DNA of 64,000 nt from Isurus oxyrinchus. Its lineage: Eukaryota. The position numbers and the translations under genes were made by a program. Below the pieces are notes generated by a model. That model saw only the letters and a program-made list of their open reading frames with translations. It was not told the DNA's origin and ran no database searches. Within the stretch, counting starts at the first letter, position 1. Each line of letters starts with the position of its first letter. Below, piece after piece: positions 1 to 14,215 of the stretch. The stretch lies in the NCBI GenBank assembly GCA_026770705.1, contig JANJGN010000014.1, positions 115,196,001 to 115,260,000 of the forward strand. Reading direction: 5' to 3'.

Positions 1-2795
1 CCGAAGATTCTTTATTGCACAAGGGTTCAAGGCTTCACTGGATATATTTGTCTCGGGCTACAACAAAAGGTCTGAGTCCTGGGAAGCTATCAACCCACCC
101 CCTAAAAACTGGTCTCTGGGTGCAATAGAAATAAAGAGAGGTCTTGAAGGAGTGAATAAAATTATCTAAGGCTGGACAAGCATTAAAAGGCTTTTTATTC
201 CATAAAAACATGCCTTTTAAGGTCTTTTGCTTGTCCACAGCATTCTCTCTGAATAACACGTGAAGGTTCCCGATGCAGTGTGATTCAAATATTTTAGAGA
301 AAAGAGGATAAATGATTAATCACTAGCTACTGCACTCACAAATATCAGCACAAGCTAAACAAGCAATGAAGTCATGTCTCAGTGTAGGGGCAGCAGCAGA
401 ACATATATCACCCTCAAAGGGCAACAATACTTTCCCAACCTGCAAGACCTGGACGACAGTAAATATTGTTCACTTCATAAATACCAATCTCAATCCTGAC
501 AAGAATCTCTCCTCTGAGCAATAAGCTCAAACCCCAGCACCAGCGACTGGCTCAGAGACCTCACTAAGACTGTGGGAAAGATATAACAATAGTGCTTCAT
601 TGAACATTAGCATTTTATTGCACTGATAAACTCAGCACCCCTACTCAGGCAAGTACAAATGATACTGAAATTATCCTCCTTTGTTTTTAACAAAGCAGAA
701 AGCAGATTGGCAGTGTATTCACTCCTGGTATATGTTACCTGAAGGCTATTTATTTAATAACTTATGCAAACCTCCAGAATTGTAATTAAAGCAGTTTACA
801 AAAATGGGAAATGGTCTGCCTAGAAACCTTGAAAACAAAATCAGTTTCCCTTAATTGACAGGAATATGTGCATTTCAGCTAAAATAACTATAAATAAGTA
901 TTGGACCTTTTTTTTCCATTTCAAAATGAACAGAAATGTTAATCCTCCTTTTTATTTCACTCTGGTTAAAGCAAAACCAAGCTGGCCTTCCGCAGTCACT
1001 ATTGTGACTTTGTTAAAAGTATTGTCTATGTCTGATCTAAAATGAGCCATTTCTCACATGTGGCTCCTCTAGATTTACCCAAGGGCCACCACAGAGGCTT
1101 TAGTCATCAAGCTGTAAGTTGGCACCAGCACAGGGTATTACTTCAACCTACAAAGAAGTGGGTGCCTGAAGAATTCTTCAGAGTTATTTTGTAAACACTC
1201 ATATGAGAGAAAGGGAGGGAGAGAGAAAGAGATGTCCAGTTGCTGGCTAAGAATAAACAATGGCCCCATATTAGTCTCTGGACAATGTGAAACGGCTGCC
1301 AAGTGAATAGCTGTGATGGATGCCAATAAAAATGCAGAAAATTCAAAGGGATCCATGGAGGGGTTTCTGTCGTGGTCACCTTGTCTTGTGGTCATTTTAG
1401 TTAAGTCCAAAAGGTACTGGGTTTACAGTAATCTAACTGGCTTTCCTCTATACTCAAAGAAAAAGCTCAGTTAAAATGTTTCAATAAAAAACTAAATTTA
1501 CGCAATTCTTGTTCGTGTAGAAATGTTTTAATGCATTTACTAATGTGTAGACATAGTTTTAACAGTAATGCCCCGCAAAAACAGATTTCTGAATGGAATG
1601 TTTGACTGAAGGAGAGGGTAGTAAGTCCGGCAATTCAAATATTTTTTGTTTTACCTGCCACATTGTTTATGGTGAAAATATTAATGCTGATATTCTGATG
1701 CTGTAGGTCATAGCACTACACCAGAAGTGGACATTCCAGGAAAATTAAAATAAATATACTAACAGGACTGCAGGCTCCGATGGGATAAAACCCATATCAA
1801 CTTTACTTTAAAATTAAAGGAATAAAATCGCAAGTTAAAAAAATTGCCACGCACGCAGATAGGATTGTGCACTCTGATTCTCCTCTGGTAAAAGAATCAA
1901 AATATAATTTGAGTTTACATCATGCTACAAGTCATGCTGAAATATAAATAAATAATGCCATAAGTATGATTTTGACCCAGCATGCACCAATGTCCCATCA
2001 AGACTATATTAACACAGGCCATCATTTTATTATGTCATTTTAAGCCACAATACAGATGCTCTCATATGTGCAGAAAAATGTTTGCCTAAACTACTCCTTC
2101 CGCCCTTCTCACTGACGTACGATTTATATGAAATAAAACAAAGTAAATATATTTTTGAAGGTTACGTGTGCTTTTGTCCTGTATTTGTTTTTCTCTTTCC
2201 AAACCATACAGTCTGATAAGATAAAATGTTTCAATGGGAACAGACTTACTGTGCACTTTAAGGCTGCAGTGTTCCTGAAACATTTTTCTCAACTATAGAA
2301 ATTCAAGTTCAGCCAGCCTACATGAACTAAATGACTTTAGTGAGATTGTCCAAAAAACAATTATCTGGCTGCTTTTGCAGAAGGTTGGCTTGATAAAGAA
2401 GCCAGCGCCACCTCAAAATGGCTTTATTCCATGCAGATAAAAGGGTTTCACAGCTACCTCTTTAAAGAGGTAATTTTTGGGCAAGGTGATGAAAATTAAG
2501 GGTTATAAGGGCAATTTGCCTTCATAACACTGTTGTTTAATAAACTGTTTTTCATTTGTTTGTAAATGTGCAAAACATGTTCAATGCAACATTGCATCAC
2601 CAGCAATTGATATCATCATTATCGTAGAAATGACACACGACTCTTCTCCCTTTGCAAACAAAAAGAGATTTGGCAAACAGTTTTTCTCTTTATTTCATTC
2701 AGTGCTCACATGCCTTGTATGGACATTATACACCCACTTACTGCTTTGGTGAAAATGTCCAGAATGTCAGATCTGAAGCCCTCCTTATCTCAGTA

Positions 2796-2932
2796 CTACA
2801 CAGAACTACATGGAATGTACAGAACAGAAACACGCTGTAAAGCCCAACTCATGGTGTTTATGCTCCATATGAGCCTCCTCCCACCTGCCTTCATCTAACC
2901 AGATCTGTAAATCCTTCTATTACTTCCTCCCA
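2796..2932 (-). mobile_element. CR1 LINE 3' end fragment
   Basis: Reverse complement resembles the CR1 3' UTR/tail seen at 41480-41592 and 47356-47470 (gagcctcctccca, tttatgctcca). Confidence 0.65.
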
Positions 2933-3474
2933 AGTACTGGTACAATTGTGACAAGGCATAGTGAACTCAAAAGGGCAACTTTAAATGCTTATTTAATTCT
3001 TTTCCCACCCCTTCATCAAAATGTGGGGCAAAATCAGGTGAATGGATATTTCACATTTGCACCCCACTCCCCTCACCTCCACACCCCTTCCCATATAAAC
3101 ACATGCTTTAGAATGTGCTAGTCACAATCATCAATAAAATATACCTTATTATCAGCTTCCCTACTGTTTTCTCTGACTTGTTTGATCAGGTACAAATTTG
3201 GGGGCTGAGGGGGAAGGTATGAGAGCTCTTAAGTACCTTTAGGTTTTGAGCCTGGGAGGATGTTAGAATGTAGGTGTATGATAAATGCAATTTTTGGGAG
3301 TCGGTCAGCAAATTGCATTTGGACATTTCAAAGGAATTGTTTGTGGGCCGAGTACACTTAAGCTTGCATTCCTTTCTGCTAACTTATTCATCAAAGAGGG
3401 TTAAAATTCAGCCTACATTACATTGGTTAGTTTCTCCCCCAGTCGCAGCCCCCAAGAGTGTTGTCTGTCATTAT

Positions 3475-3576
3475 GTCCGGGATTTTCCAGCCCCGTCTTG
3501 GTAGTATCTGTCGTGGGAGATTCGGCGGCCCAGCCAAAAGCTCATTGAATTTTTGCAGGGCCGGACAATCCCGCCC
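3475..3576. mobile_element. Small Harbinger-type MITE (~100 bp)
   Basis: Inverted termini gtccgggattttccagccc / gggccggacaatcccgccc; internal aaaagctcattgaa resembles the copy at 22028-22128. Confidence 0.6.
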
Positions 3577-5941
3577 GATATCTCTGGCCAGTCATTTGGA
3601 CTGTTGATCCTGACTGGCACCACAGAAGTCCATCATCAGATAATGGAAGAGCTGACTGAGTGAGGTAAGTCACTCCTTTATCTTCCCCCATTCCCCAAGA
3701 TGAAATGCTCCAATATGACCTGTTGATCCATCTAACAGCTCAGCTCAAATCTTCCAATGAAGCTAAGAGAGTGTGAATGACAGACAGCGCAGGGCAGGCC
3801 TAGTTGATGCTGCTCCCTCCGTGAGTTAGGTACTTATGCATCTCTGCTATTGTGCTGCTGCAGTACCTATATAACAATAATGCACCTTGCCAAAATACTT
3901 TGTACAACTTGCTAATCTTGTGCAATGCAGACAACAATTTTGATAAAATGCACAACCTTCAAAATGGCCCAGGGCTTTCGAATAATGATGGTGCCCAAAT
4001 GACACCCCTGCTGCACCACAAGGTGAGTACATTCAACAAGCAATATAATGACGTTCACGCTCAGCAAAGACGTCATTGTGCCAAACTGTTTCCTGACTTG
4101 TGATCAAGCAAATTAGATGGCATGGGGGCATCAAGTGTGAAGATAACACGTTAATTGCAGGCTTGTAAATAGAGCTGGCAGCTGATTCAATTGTCTTCAA
4201 CTGAATGGAGTTTAAATAAATTTAACAAGGGTCAAATGGTGAGGAAGAAAAGTAAAAAATTGAATGTTGTAAAGGTCTGATCTACTTCAAAGTGTTAAAC
4301 CTCCTGGCTTCTTAAAGATCATCATCTTTATAGTGAGCCCAGGCAGCAATTCTTCCCCCAGAAAACCCAGCAACTTTAAATTATGATAAAAGCATTTCCT
4401 AAATATATTCTTTCTTTACTAAATACTGAAAGAAGAGATTGAAGTTTTTACATCAAAGGCTATCACACTTTTTTTCTTAAGTATTCCTATTCTCTAGTGT
4501 AGCTCTCAGTTGCCTTCACTTGCACTCAGCACCATGCTTTATGCTCCCAAAGGGAACAGTACCTGAACCTTTGGATCATCTACATTTCAAGACCTCAAGT
4601 CAATCCTGGGTTTAACGTTGATTAATGTGCATGCAAATTGCAGCAGGCAGCATTGGAACGAAAGATCATTTTTTTTAGTGTATCAGTAGTAAAATCACTT
4701 AAAGCTGACCAGCAAAACTCTCCAAAAAGCCTTTTCAATAAATTATCAATCAAGCCCAGAATACTAATAATGATTTATAGTTCAGCCAGCTCTTCAGAGC
4801 TCTTTTGTTTCCACTAAGGCATAAACATTACATCCAAGAGCAACAGTAATGAAAGTCACTCAGCCAGATTCGCCTTCAGCCTTTTCCTCAGTGAATCTCA
4901 ACTTTCACTGAAACTTCCTTTACAAAATTGCTTATACAGGCGGTGACTAAAATCAAATCATACCTTTAACTGAAGAAATGACAGCTGGGTCCGTAAGGAA
5001 ATGGTTTACTGCAAATAAGCCCTCATGATCCCATGCAGCTAGAGGCCCGAAACAAACACCTTCCATCGGCAGCAGAACAATTTTTTAAAAGATTCCAAAG
5101 TTCACTTCTGGTTGGGGCAGCCTATGCTCAAATGCCTTGTAATCCTCATCATATTTAGTGCTGGTGCTGAGAATTAACAAGAACCTTCTCTGTCTGGCAC
5201 GGCTAACAGGCAATGTGTTGCTTTCTAGCCCATCAGTTGCAGGGGATGGACATGGACATTCACCTGATTGGATGGAGGCAATTTGTTGTGCTTTAAAAAA
5301 GAGAGATTTGGAAGTATGTTAATCACCTGAATGGCTCAAAGGGGAGGTGTGCGCATTTGCAAATTAGAAATGAGGTCATTGTCTGCTTGGTTTCCAAGGG
5401 GCGTTGGGTGTTGTTAAAGTGACAAAGATGCAGCTGACTGTATCGGGCTCACCTAACAACCCACCAAACTGGGCAAGAAGTGACAGAAGTGAAAGGCACA
5501 GAAGCAGACGCTTGATACATTACGGGGCCTGCTTTGTGGCAGGGAAAACAAGCACAAAAGCAGGAAATTCAGTGATGTGTAAATGGAACAATGAGAAGGG
5601 AAAAATTCAATAATTTCTGTCAGGAGGCATTGACTGAAGCTGGACTTTAATTGAATTAAAGTCCCATTATTTGTTCAATCCTGAGCAACAGGCTAGCAAA
5701 GCAAGGTTTGCTCTACTGTTCTGAGGTACCAACCTTCCTCACCCCGTAATACTCAGCCATCTGTGCACACATCCACACATGTTCTATCTCACGACAATTG
5801 CACTGGGCCCCTATCAAGCAAGGACGCCAAAAAACACACACACACAAAAGCTCTGCAGGCCTCCCTCAGGTCCAAAGAGCAGGGGAAAAAAACTCGTTGC
5901 TTGTCACACAGGTGAGCCAGCAACCACATCCTATCAGCCTT

Positions 5942-6081
5942 NNNNNNNNNNNNNNNNNNNNNNNNNNNNNNNNNNNNNNNNNNNNNNNNNNNNNNNNNNN
6001 NNNNNNNNNNNNNNNNNNNNNNNNNNNNNNNNNNNNNNNNNNNNNNNNNNNNNNNNNNNNNNNNNNNNNNNNNNNNNNNNN
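5942..6081. other. Assembly gap (140 N)
   Basis: Run of N. Confidence 0.99.
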
Positions 6082-6920
6082 GCAGTCTGCCTTCCCCTAC
6101 GTGATTTCGGCTGTCAGTTATTGGGCATAATTACTGTAACTAACCAAATACACACAAAACGTTGAGAATATAAAATTGTTACAGTTTCGCCTGTGTGCAA
6201 GCTGGTACTTTGCTGTCACAAAGGGGCCAATTTCTTTTTAGAAAATAAAGGTCTCTTTTTAGCTTCCTAGGGCTTTTAAAAAGGCAGTGACTAAATTAAG
6301 TATCTTATCTGCTCCCATGCATAATTTAATCAGTATTTTTGTTGAACTCCTCCTCTTGATACACTGGTGCAAACAGTGCGAAAGCTGGCAGATTTTGAAC
6401 AGGTATGGAAAAAAAAATTTAAAAGAGGTGAGCATGTGGGCAGGGCATATTCACAGCTCAAATGCGACATTTGCTATTAGCAAATTAGTTAGTAGTTTTT
6501 TCAAATTTGCTGCTGAAGATTCTCACTATGGATTTATTTGCAAAGCAAATGAAATCACTTGTAAGCATTCGCTATGCCACACAAATGTATTTATTCCGCA
6601 AATACCGACAGCACCATGTTGGTCAGCTAGTTATAATTAGCTAGTTATAATTAACTAGGCCAATATCGCCGCTTGTTGCAAAAAAAATCCAAGAAAAACC
6701 AATGTTGCGACATCGTGATTGACCGGATGGTGTATTTCCATGTCTCGGCAGTATAATTTAAATGATGGCCTCCTACAAGCATTTACAAAATAGTGAAAGT
6801 TTTCCATCTTACTTTTTTGGTGGTGACAGTAGTCTTTTATTGTATTCACTTGCACACACACACACAGACACACACCCCTCTCCAGGCCTACCCATCATTA
6901 CTGCAACCTACAAAGTCAGT

Positions 6921-7294
6921 GGACGAAATTTAACATTCAAGGTCACGTCCACTGGCTGGAAAACCAGCAGGATCCCCACATCAAGCATTTTTGGGAGGCC
7001 CGGAGAAATTTTGTAACAATCAGGCATTTATCAGGGCTTTGCTGGGCCTCCCATTGAATTAAAAGCCTAAGGAGGGTGGAAATTCCACCCCCGAGAGCTG
7101 ACGGTCAATCAGAGACTACTTAAGGCCTCATTGAACCTCCAGGCTGATAGGTCCATCTCCATCCTTTCTGCCCAGAGCTTCATCAGTGGGAGGGGTCCAC
7201 CTCACATCCTCCCACCCTATCAAATGTCTCCTCTCCCCCCCTCCCACCAGCCTCCAAACGCATCTCCAGTAGAGGTGGGCATAAAATTCTGCCC
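6921..7294. mobile_element. Harbinger-type MITE
   Basis: Degenerate 14-bp TIRs (ggacgaaatttaac / ataaaattctgccc) flanked by an identical 3-bp TSD, AGT. Confidence 0.7.
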
Positions 7295-7419
7295 AGTCTT
7301 TTCACCCTGTCAATAGGGGGTTTAAAAGCAGCATACTGGAAGGTCCAGTTCCATTACTTTGAAAGTGGTTTTTGGTGTGAACCTTTCCTCTTTGATTCTT
7401 CTATTGTCTCGGTGGGTGA

Positions 7420-7630
7420 AGATACCATGCCATTGGTACTGAATCACATAAGGGAGGTAACATGTTCAATCCCTAGTCTGTGCTGAGTCATCCACTTCAG
7501 TCAAGGTGGACAAAGGGAGCCATAATAAACTCCAGCACTCCTAGGCACAAGAAGATTAAATATTAACCCGGTATCTACTACCAATTGCAACCAACTGGAA
7601 AATGTGGATGTTGGATGACAACGGCATCTG
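7420..7630 (+). mobile_element. tRNA-derived SINE (AmnSINE2-like family) fragment
   Basis: B-box-like gttcaatccc followed by tagtctgtgctgagt, shared with other copies in the window; family name is from recall, not a search. Confidence 0.6.
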
Positions 7631-7744
7631 ATTTGCTCCTTATATTTTGCACAGTTGAATCTTGCTGGGTCCAAGTATTTAGAATGATCACTTGAGCAAA
7701 GCATGAGAGGGCAATTCATCTTTGTGGAACTTAAACAACAAAAA

Positions 7745-8150
7745 AAATTTATACTGACATAGTGCCTTTAAAGTAATAAAATGTACCAAGGAGCTTCATA
7801 AGATAATTATAAAACAAACTATGACTCCAATCCACATAAGAAGATTTAGGTCAGATGCCTAAAAGCTTGGTCAAGGAGGTAGTTATTAAGGACTGTATTA
7901 AAGGAAGGAAGTGAGGTAGAGAGACAGAGAGGTGTATACATGGTATTCCAAAGCTTAGGGCCTAGTCAACTGAAAGCGTGCCCGCCAGTGGTGGAGGGCC
8001 AAAATTGAGAATGAGCATGAGGTTAGAATTCGAGGAGGGAAGATATTTGAGAGGATTCTGGGGCTGAAGCAGATTACAGATATAGGGAAGGGCAATGACA
8101 TGGAGTGATTTGAAAACTAGGATGAGAATTTTAAAATTAAGATAGTTCAA
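7745..8150 (-). mobile_element. L2-type LINE 3' end fragment
   Basis: Minus ORF segment LNFKILILVFKSLHVIALPYICNLLQPQNPLKYLPSSNS matches the typical L2 ORF2 C-terminus (FKILxLxFKxLHGxAPxYL), followed by an L2-like tail. Confidence 0.85.
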
Positions 8151-8205
8151 AAAATGTAAAAATGGTGACAGATGTGCAGAGATATGAGAGAAAAGAAGGC
8201 TGAAT

Positions 8206-8386
8206 TGGGTAGATTTGTACTTGCCTCCTGAATGTAACACTGGCATACCAGATATGCTGTCCATTATAGAAACTGTCCCATTTTCACCTCAGCTGAAAGC
8301 AATGTGAATGGAAATTGGGGGGTTTCTATAAAAGCTTACTTATAATGCCATTTACATGGTAAGGTGGAAAACTGAAAGTCTACCCC
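8206..8386. mobile_element. Palindromic MITE (~180 bp)
   Basis: TIRs gggtagattt / aagtctaccc plus an internal inverted pair tatagaaac / gtttctata. Confidence 0.7.
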
Positions 8387-8420
8387 TATATTTCTTTCAG
8401 ATTTACTGTTCGGATCCATT

Positions 8421-9168
8421 GGGGTGAATTCTATGGCCTCCCCCATTAGATGGGGAGGGGTTTTGTAAAATAAAACTGCCTGCCACCTTCTCGCCATCCT
8501 CGAGCTGCCTCCCGTGTAATGTTGGGTGGGTAAGGCACCAGGCAGCCACCTGTCCTTGGGCCTATTAATGCCACCAATTAATGGCCACTTAAGGGCCTCA
8601 TTCTGCCTCAGCTAATATTTTACTGCAGCATGGGAAGGCGAAAGCAAGACGGACAGCCCAGCAGCTTTCACTGTGTGGGGATGCTGTCGGTCAGGAACGG
8701 GGTACTTGCTTTAGGGGGTTCCGTGCCCATTGAGGACACCTCCGCCAAAGTCATAACTGACCTTTATCCCTCCCTGCACCCCCCAGCCTCTAAAACCCGA
8801 ACCCCTCCGCTGCCTCCAACACCACACCTCCCCCACCCCCCCGCCTCACCCACACACCCCCCACCTCACTCGGGTTTGCCAGGACATTTCTTCTCCAGGG
8901 ACTTCCTGTAATCCTGACAGTGACTATTATTCGATTCTGGTGCTGCTGGGGTTACAAAGCTGCTGGCCAATCTCACTGGGCGGGACTTCCACTTAGACGA
9001 GGGCGGAAGTCCCACTCTGACTCATTTAAGGCTGCCCCCAGCCCAATATTGTTGTGGGGCAGCTGGGTTTCTGGCTGGCATGGTGCCAATCAACCTTTTG
9101 GTTGAGTGGGAGGGTGGCGGGGGGGTGGGGGGAATCAGGTAATCCTTTCCGCCCGTAAAATCCACCAC
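8421..9168. mobile_element. Harbinger-type MITE
   Basis: 14-bp TIRs ggggtgaattctat / gtaaaatccaccac, 3-bp TSD ATT on both sides, GC-rich interior. Confidence 0.75.
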
Positions 9169-9459
9169 ATTTTTTTAATAGATTCAACAAGGAAATGATT
9201 GTATTTGCATCACTGTGAATCCACAGTACCTTTCTGTAGACCTGGAAGCTTTACCCTTGGATGTCTGGCTGTGCAAATGTGGGGAAATATGTCTATCTGG
9301 GGAAAAATAAACCTCACATGACACTCCCACAAATAAGAAAATCTGGCTAAAATATTTTGATGTGGAATGCTCTGGTATTGTGGACAATTCTTGACTTAAA
9401 CAGGGTTGAAATTTGCTGATGTGAGCAACTCTTTTTTATAACGTAGGGTTCTACTTAAA

Positions 9460-9862
9460 CAGCTTAATCAGTGCCGCATCCATCACCTTAAACATTCACT
9501 CCCTCCACCACCAACGCACAGTGGCAGCAATGTGCACCATCTGCAAGATGCACTGCAGTAACTCGCCAAAGTTCAGTCAACAACACCTTCCAAACCCACA
9601 ACCTCTACCATCTAGAAGGGCAAGGGCAGCCAGACGCATGGGAACACCATCACCTGCAAATTCCCCTCCAAGTCACAGACAATCCTGATTTGGGATTATA
9701 TTTCCATTACTTCACTGACACTGGATCGAAATCCTAGAAATCATTTCCTAGTAGCACTTTGGGAATACTCACACCAGATGGATTGCAGCAGTTCAAGAAA
9801 GCGGGTCACCAACACCTTCTCAAGGGCAATTAGGGATGGGCAACTAATGAAAGAATGAAAAA
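9460..9862 (+). mobile_element. LINE (CR1/L2 group) ORF2 C-terminus and 3' end
   Basis: Translates to NIHSLHHQRTVAAMCTICKMHCSNSP..HLPNPQPLPSRR, a LINE ORF2 C-terminal pattern (SLxHRRxVA); ends in an aatgaaagaatgaaaa tail. Confidence 0.75.
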
Positions 9863-9874
9863 AGGGTGCAGCCA

Positions 9875-10130
9875 TGCGCTCTGCTAATGTTGGGCTATTC
9901 TTTGCTAATATGGGGCAGTGATCTCTGCTGCTCTAGGGGGCCTCTCTCTGTGCTAATGTGGGGTTTGCTCATCTGCTGAGAGGTCATTTTGATGATATGG
10001 AGCTTTTTTGTACTGATATGGGATCACTCTCTCTGCTAACTTGAGACTGCTCTTGTTTGTTAAGATGCTCCTTGGTAAAGTGCGCCATTGCTCTCTGCCA
10101 ATTTGGAACTGCCCTCTCTGCTAACATGGA
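9875..10130. repeat. Degenerate minisatellite, ~21-23 bp unit
   Basis: Recurrent ctctctgctaa(t/c)(a/g)tgg-like units. Confidence 0.6.
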
Positions 10131-13100
10131 ATTAATTCTTGCAGGCCAAAGAACTCCAAAGCAGTTCTCAATTTAGATTTCTTCCAGGCCCACCATCAAA
10201 AGGAAATATCAACTGTGCTCAATGGGATATGATGAAATATATAGGGAGAGCTCTTGGCTTCTCTTGTGAGATTCCCTTGCCAATGAGAGACACCAGTCTT
10301 TCTAATGAGTATTCTGCCAGTTTACAATGACAAAATAAGCATATAAGAAAGTATGGACCAAAAAAAAATCACTTGGACCACTGAGGGGCTTCTCCTGTCA
10401 ATTCACTGACCTCAGGCTGAAACAGACACGGTCTGGGAAGCTGGATCTTGTATCCGAATTTCCAACCCACACTCTCTTTAAGCACAACTTACTGCTGAGG
10501 AGTGTGGGCTCAGTAGCTTTACCCTATGCAATCTATCCCATAATAGACAGTCGGCCACCTATTTAATCTCCTGAGGGAAAGTTCCATATGAATACTCAAT
10601 AACTAAAGGCAATCAAGTGAATCACCAGAATGCTTGTGCAAGTAAGGCAAAATGACATCCACCCTAATGTCGAAAAATACAATGTGCGATTTCTGGGATC
10701 CGTTAATCTGCTCAACCTGCAACCAAATCGAATATTAAAGATCTAAAGTCCATTATCTGCTGTGAGAATTGTTACAATGCCTCTCCTTCTGATCCTTGAT
10801 TTTATTTCCATTTCATTTCACTAATCCATGTGCTACGTCACATGCCCAGTTAGTTGGTTGAATTTAATTCAAGCAAAGTACCTAATATCAATGAGTAGAT
10901 TCACTGGAATGAGACCTTGTGCTGTTTACTGAGAAGTCACTGCATAGTTGACTTTTTATGTTGCTCGTCTGTTCTCCGCTTTTTTTGTGTTTAAGCTAAA
11001 AATATTTTCCCCCACTAGCATATTTGGGTAATACATAAGGAAAGCTTATTTTCAACTCTGTGTCCAAGTTAATAGCTCTCACCTAAATTCCATCTGCTTT
11101 TTCACACCTTTCTCCCAACTGGTCACAATGAACTTTTTATCTACCTTTCCCAAATGGTTACACACCATCCCGTAACATTTAACTAAAATACTGGAGTGAA
11201 CATTTACCCACTGCACATTGTACCTGTAGTAATGTGGGCTGTTGTGGGTTTAACTACAACAAACTGTTGTAACTGTTCAAAAGTTGAAATGTTTATCTGC
11301 GCGCTTTCTCTGAAGCCTGGCCTCCTACACCACTCGGATTCAAATCCCTTCCTTCTTCATTTCAGCAGTCCTGGGAGGCCTGCATGGCCTGATGCCACCA
11401 GCAGCCTGCTAAATCCTATCGCTCAGGTACTGGAATCTGCTGATGTGAGCAGTAAGCTGGCGCTCATCAGCTAAACACAGGGTGTGGCAAGACTCAGACA
11501 GATAGTCACACTGCACTGCTATCAGCTTCCTTTCTCTATAGAGGAGGCCTGACTTTTTTCACAAGTGCAAAGCAGTCAACACTATTACTAGGAGTCCCCT
11601 TCCCCCTACATCTTCTAAGGTATGAACATTTGCCACATCACTAATGCTTCCAACTTACTGTCCTATTTTGACATGAGCGAATAAATAAATATAGTGATAT
11701 ATTCATTATGTGTGTCTATCTTTCAAATGGGTGATTGGACTATCAAATGGAGATAAAGATTGAGGAAAGGAAGTCCAGCTTATTCTTAAACCAGCCTTCT
11801 TATAACAGTACACTGATGAGAGGGAGAGAGAGAAAAAGAGAGCCAAGAAGTGTGCTTAATATAGCAAGTAACTTGCTTGTGACAAGGCAGTAAAAATTCC
11901 ACTAGAATAGCAAGAACAGACCTTTTTCACTTGGTATCCCATATACAGAGCACAGCAAAAATAAGATATCTTAAGTTTTTCAATTATTCATTTATAGCAC
12001 CCCATAAATGCACTACCCTGCATAACTTTAATCTCATGCTTCAAATTCAATCCACTTGCTAAATATATATTTAGTAAAGACTAATTTATATGCTAACACA
12101 TCAAGCATATGTTGAACACTGTTTCAACACAACACAGTTCCACACAGCTTGAGTTATAAGTAAAGAATGTTTCAAAGAGTAATTTAATAGCAGTTGCTTC
12201 CTTTTCCATGCAAACTAAATGAGAACTGGAGGACTGGAAGTTTTGCTTTTGCTAGTCTTTAGTTTGCTAAAAAAAATCTGTAACACAATACCTAATTAAA
12301 ATTGTGAACACTCCTAGCATTTTGTTCCCACAGATTCCATTTACCTTCCTGAAAATGTCAAAATATCAGACACGAAGCTGGAAAACAATCTGAATTATTC
12401 AAGGTTGTTTTGCATTCCTTTTGGGAACTATTTAATGAAGCTTCTTGATTTGACCATTTTGTGTTAATGATATCAAAAGGCTATGGCCACCATAGCATGA
12501 GCGTTGTTCAAAATTTGCTTTGAACAACTATGTAACGCTCATCCAGAGATTACCACTCCCCTTAGAAGTAATGACAAGGTCAATCTAGATTTCAAATTGC
12601 TACTTCTCAATTGTTGGCAACCAGCGAGATAGGTAGGATGGTCTGCTTCATGGCAATGTCTCCATGACAGCGCTCCTACATGATCCTACAGGATTGCTGC
12701 ATGATATAAATATGATGAGCCAAAATGGTGGGCTTTTTAAAGTTATTGTAAAATCCCAACATTTGTAGAAATATATTCTTCCCTCCCCTTCAAAAGTTGG
12801 CACACTCACCCACTCGTGGGCCTTCCTTTGACCCCATGAATCGAATACCTTCCAGGGACCCCACCTAGAAATCTCTGGGCTAGAAAATCAGTCTTTCACC
12901 ACTTCGTGGTACTCAGCCAGGGGAGTGATATCCATAAAGAACACAGAGCCTTCCAGTCACAAATTCCTCTATTTCTGGTAGGCACCACAGATTTGCCTGT
13001 GTGCCATACCTGTGTTCATCTAATTCAAGGGACTATCCTGTGACTTTGCTAAAATAGCATTTTACTGTGGCGACTCATGCAATTTCTACAGAGCATTACA

Positions 13101-13659
13101 TTCCAGGGCTGCTTTGGGGACTTGGCCATTATTTTCAATACTTGCACATTTGTACGAATGATACACTGGGGAGATGGTTTCCGGGTTATATACACTTACC
13201 AGATTAAAAGAAAACGGATGCCAGGTCAGAGCTTGCAATCCAATACTTTTAAAAGTAAACTTTCAATTGTTTGCATTTTGGAGGAGGAGAAGAAAACAAC
13301 AATATTTTCTTCTGTATATTTGCAAAAAATAAAAACTAAATTAAAATCCAATAAATTTCAAGTTCTTACTTAATCGCAAAGAACAAAGTTACAATAATTT
13401 TATATATATGTGCATATATCTATATAGGATCAAATTTCTTCTCTTGGGTGATTGTGCCTATGTGACTGCACTTGATAAGATGCAGCACTATTGGTATAAC
13501 AGAACTCTCAAAATCAGGTCTTTGGAAATATTCCAAAACAAATTGTTCCCGATCAGCCTTTTTAGTTCCCTTCCCTGGAAATATTTCTGATGAATGTAAA
13601 GACAATGTGGAAAATCATTCTGAACAGCATGATGCTTTGAGCTGTGTCGGAGTGCTTAC

Positions 13660-13920
13660 CACCATAAACTGTGTGACTTGTTTGATGGGAAAGAGTATTG
13701 TAAGGTGGTCAAGGCAGTCTTCTCTCTCAGGAGATGAAAGATCAGAGAAAATGCTATCCAGGTGAGGCCCAGGCCCCTGTTTGGGCTTATCTGAGTTTTT
13801 ATTCAAATGCAAATGACAGTATAAAACACATCTGTTCCCCTCCTGTGCCAGAATATTTGTCACCTGAATAGCATCCCCACCAGGTATCAACGAGATGCAG
13901 GAAATGGTTTTCCTTTTCAT
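13660..13920 (-). CDS. Candidate alternative first coding exon (87 codons, MKRKTISC...QVTQFMV, phase 0) of an unidentified gene
   Basis: Frame open from ATG at 13920 to a GTG|gtaagc donor in repeat-free sequence; no recognised homology. Confidence 0.2.
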
Positions 13921-14178
13921 CCCACCTCTCTGCAATGAGTAAATGAGTGCCCAACAAGAAGGCCCAGATTCCCCGTGTCTCCTCAATCTACTACTTTTTG
14001 ATCAGGAGCACGAAAGACTGAATATGTGTGAATGCTTAGGTACCTGGGGTATGGAAAGTGGTAATTAGCCCAGCAGGATAATTGATGTGTAGATTACGCA
14101 GAGAACAAATGCTTTGACTTGCTTGTTCTTCTTAACACTCCTAAACAGATTCTTCTTTTTTTATTAATGAACACTTAC

Positions 14179-14215
14179 CTCCCTGGTTAAACTGATAAGA
14201 AACCATGCTGTACAT
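14179..14215 (-). CDS. Candidate alternative first exon end (MYSMVSYQFNQG, phase 1)
   Basis: Consensus donor GAG|gtaagt with a short in-frame ATG segment; may be non-coding. Confidence 0.2.

Noticed and set aside
187-205. 13-nt match to the miR-135 core (ggctttttattcc)
   Set aside because: 5' seed and 3' end mismatch; no precursor hairpin.
6625-6658. 14-bp tandem duplication with a small hairpin (agctagttataatt x2)
   Set aside because: Ordinary local slippage.
7150-7190. Minus-strand CTGATGA...GAAA hammerhead-like spacing
   Set aside because: No workable stem I and a poor stem II; lies inside a MITE.
9875-10130. CRISPR-like periodicity
   Set aside because: Degenerate eukaryotic tandem repeat without constant repeats and unique spacers.
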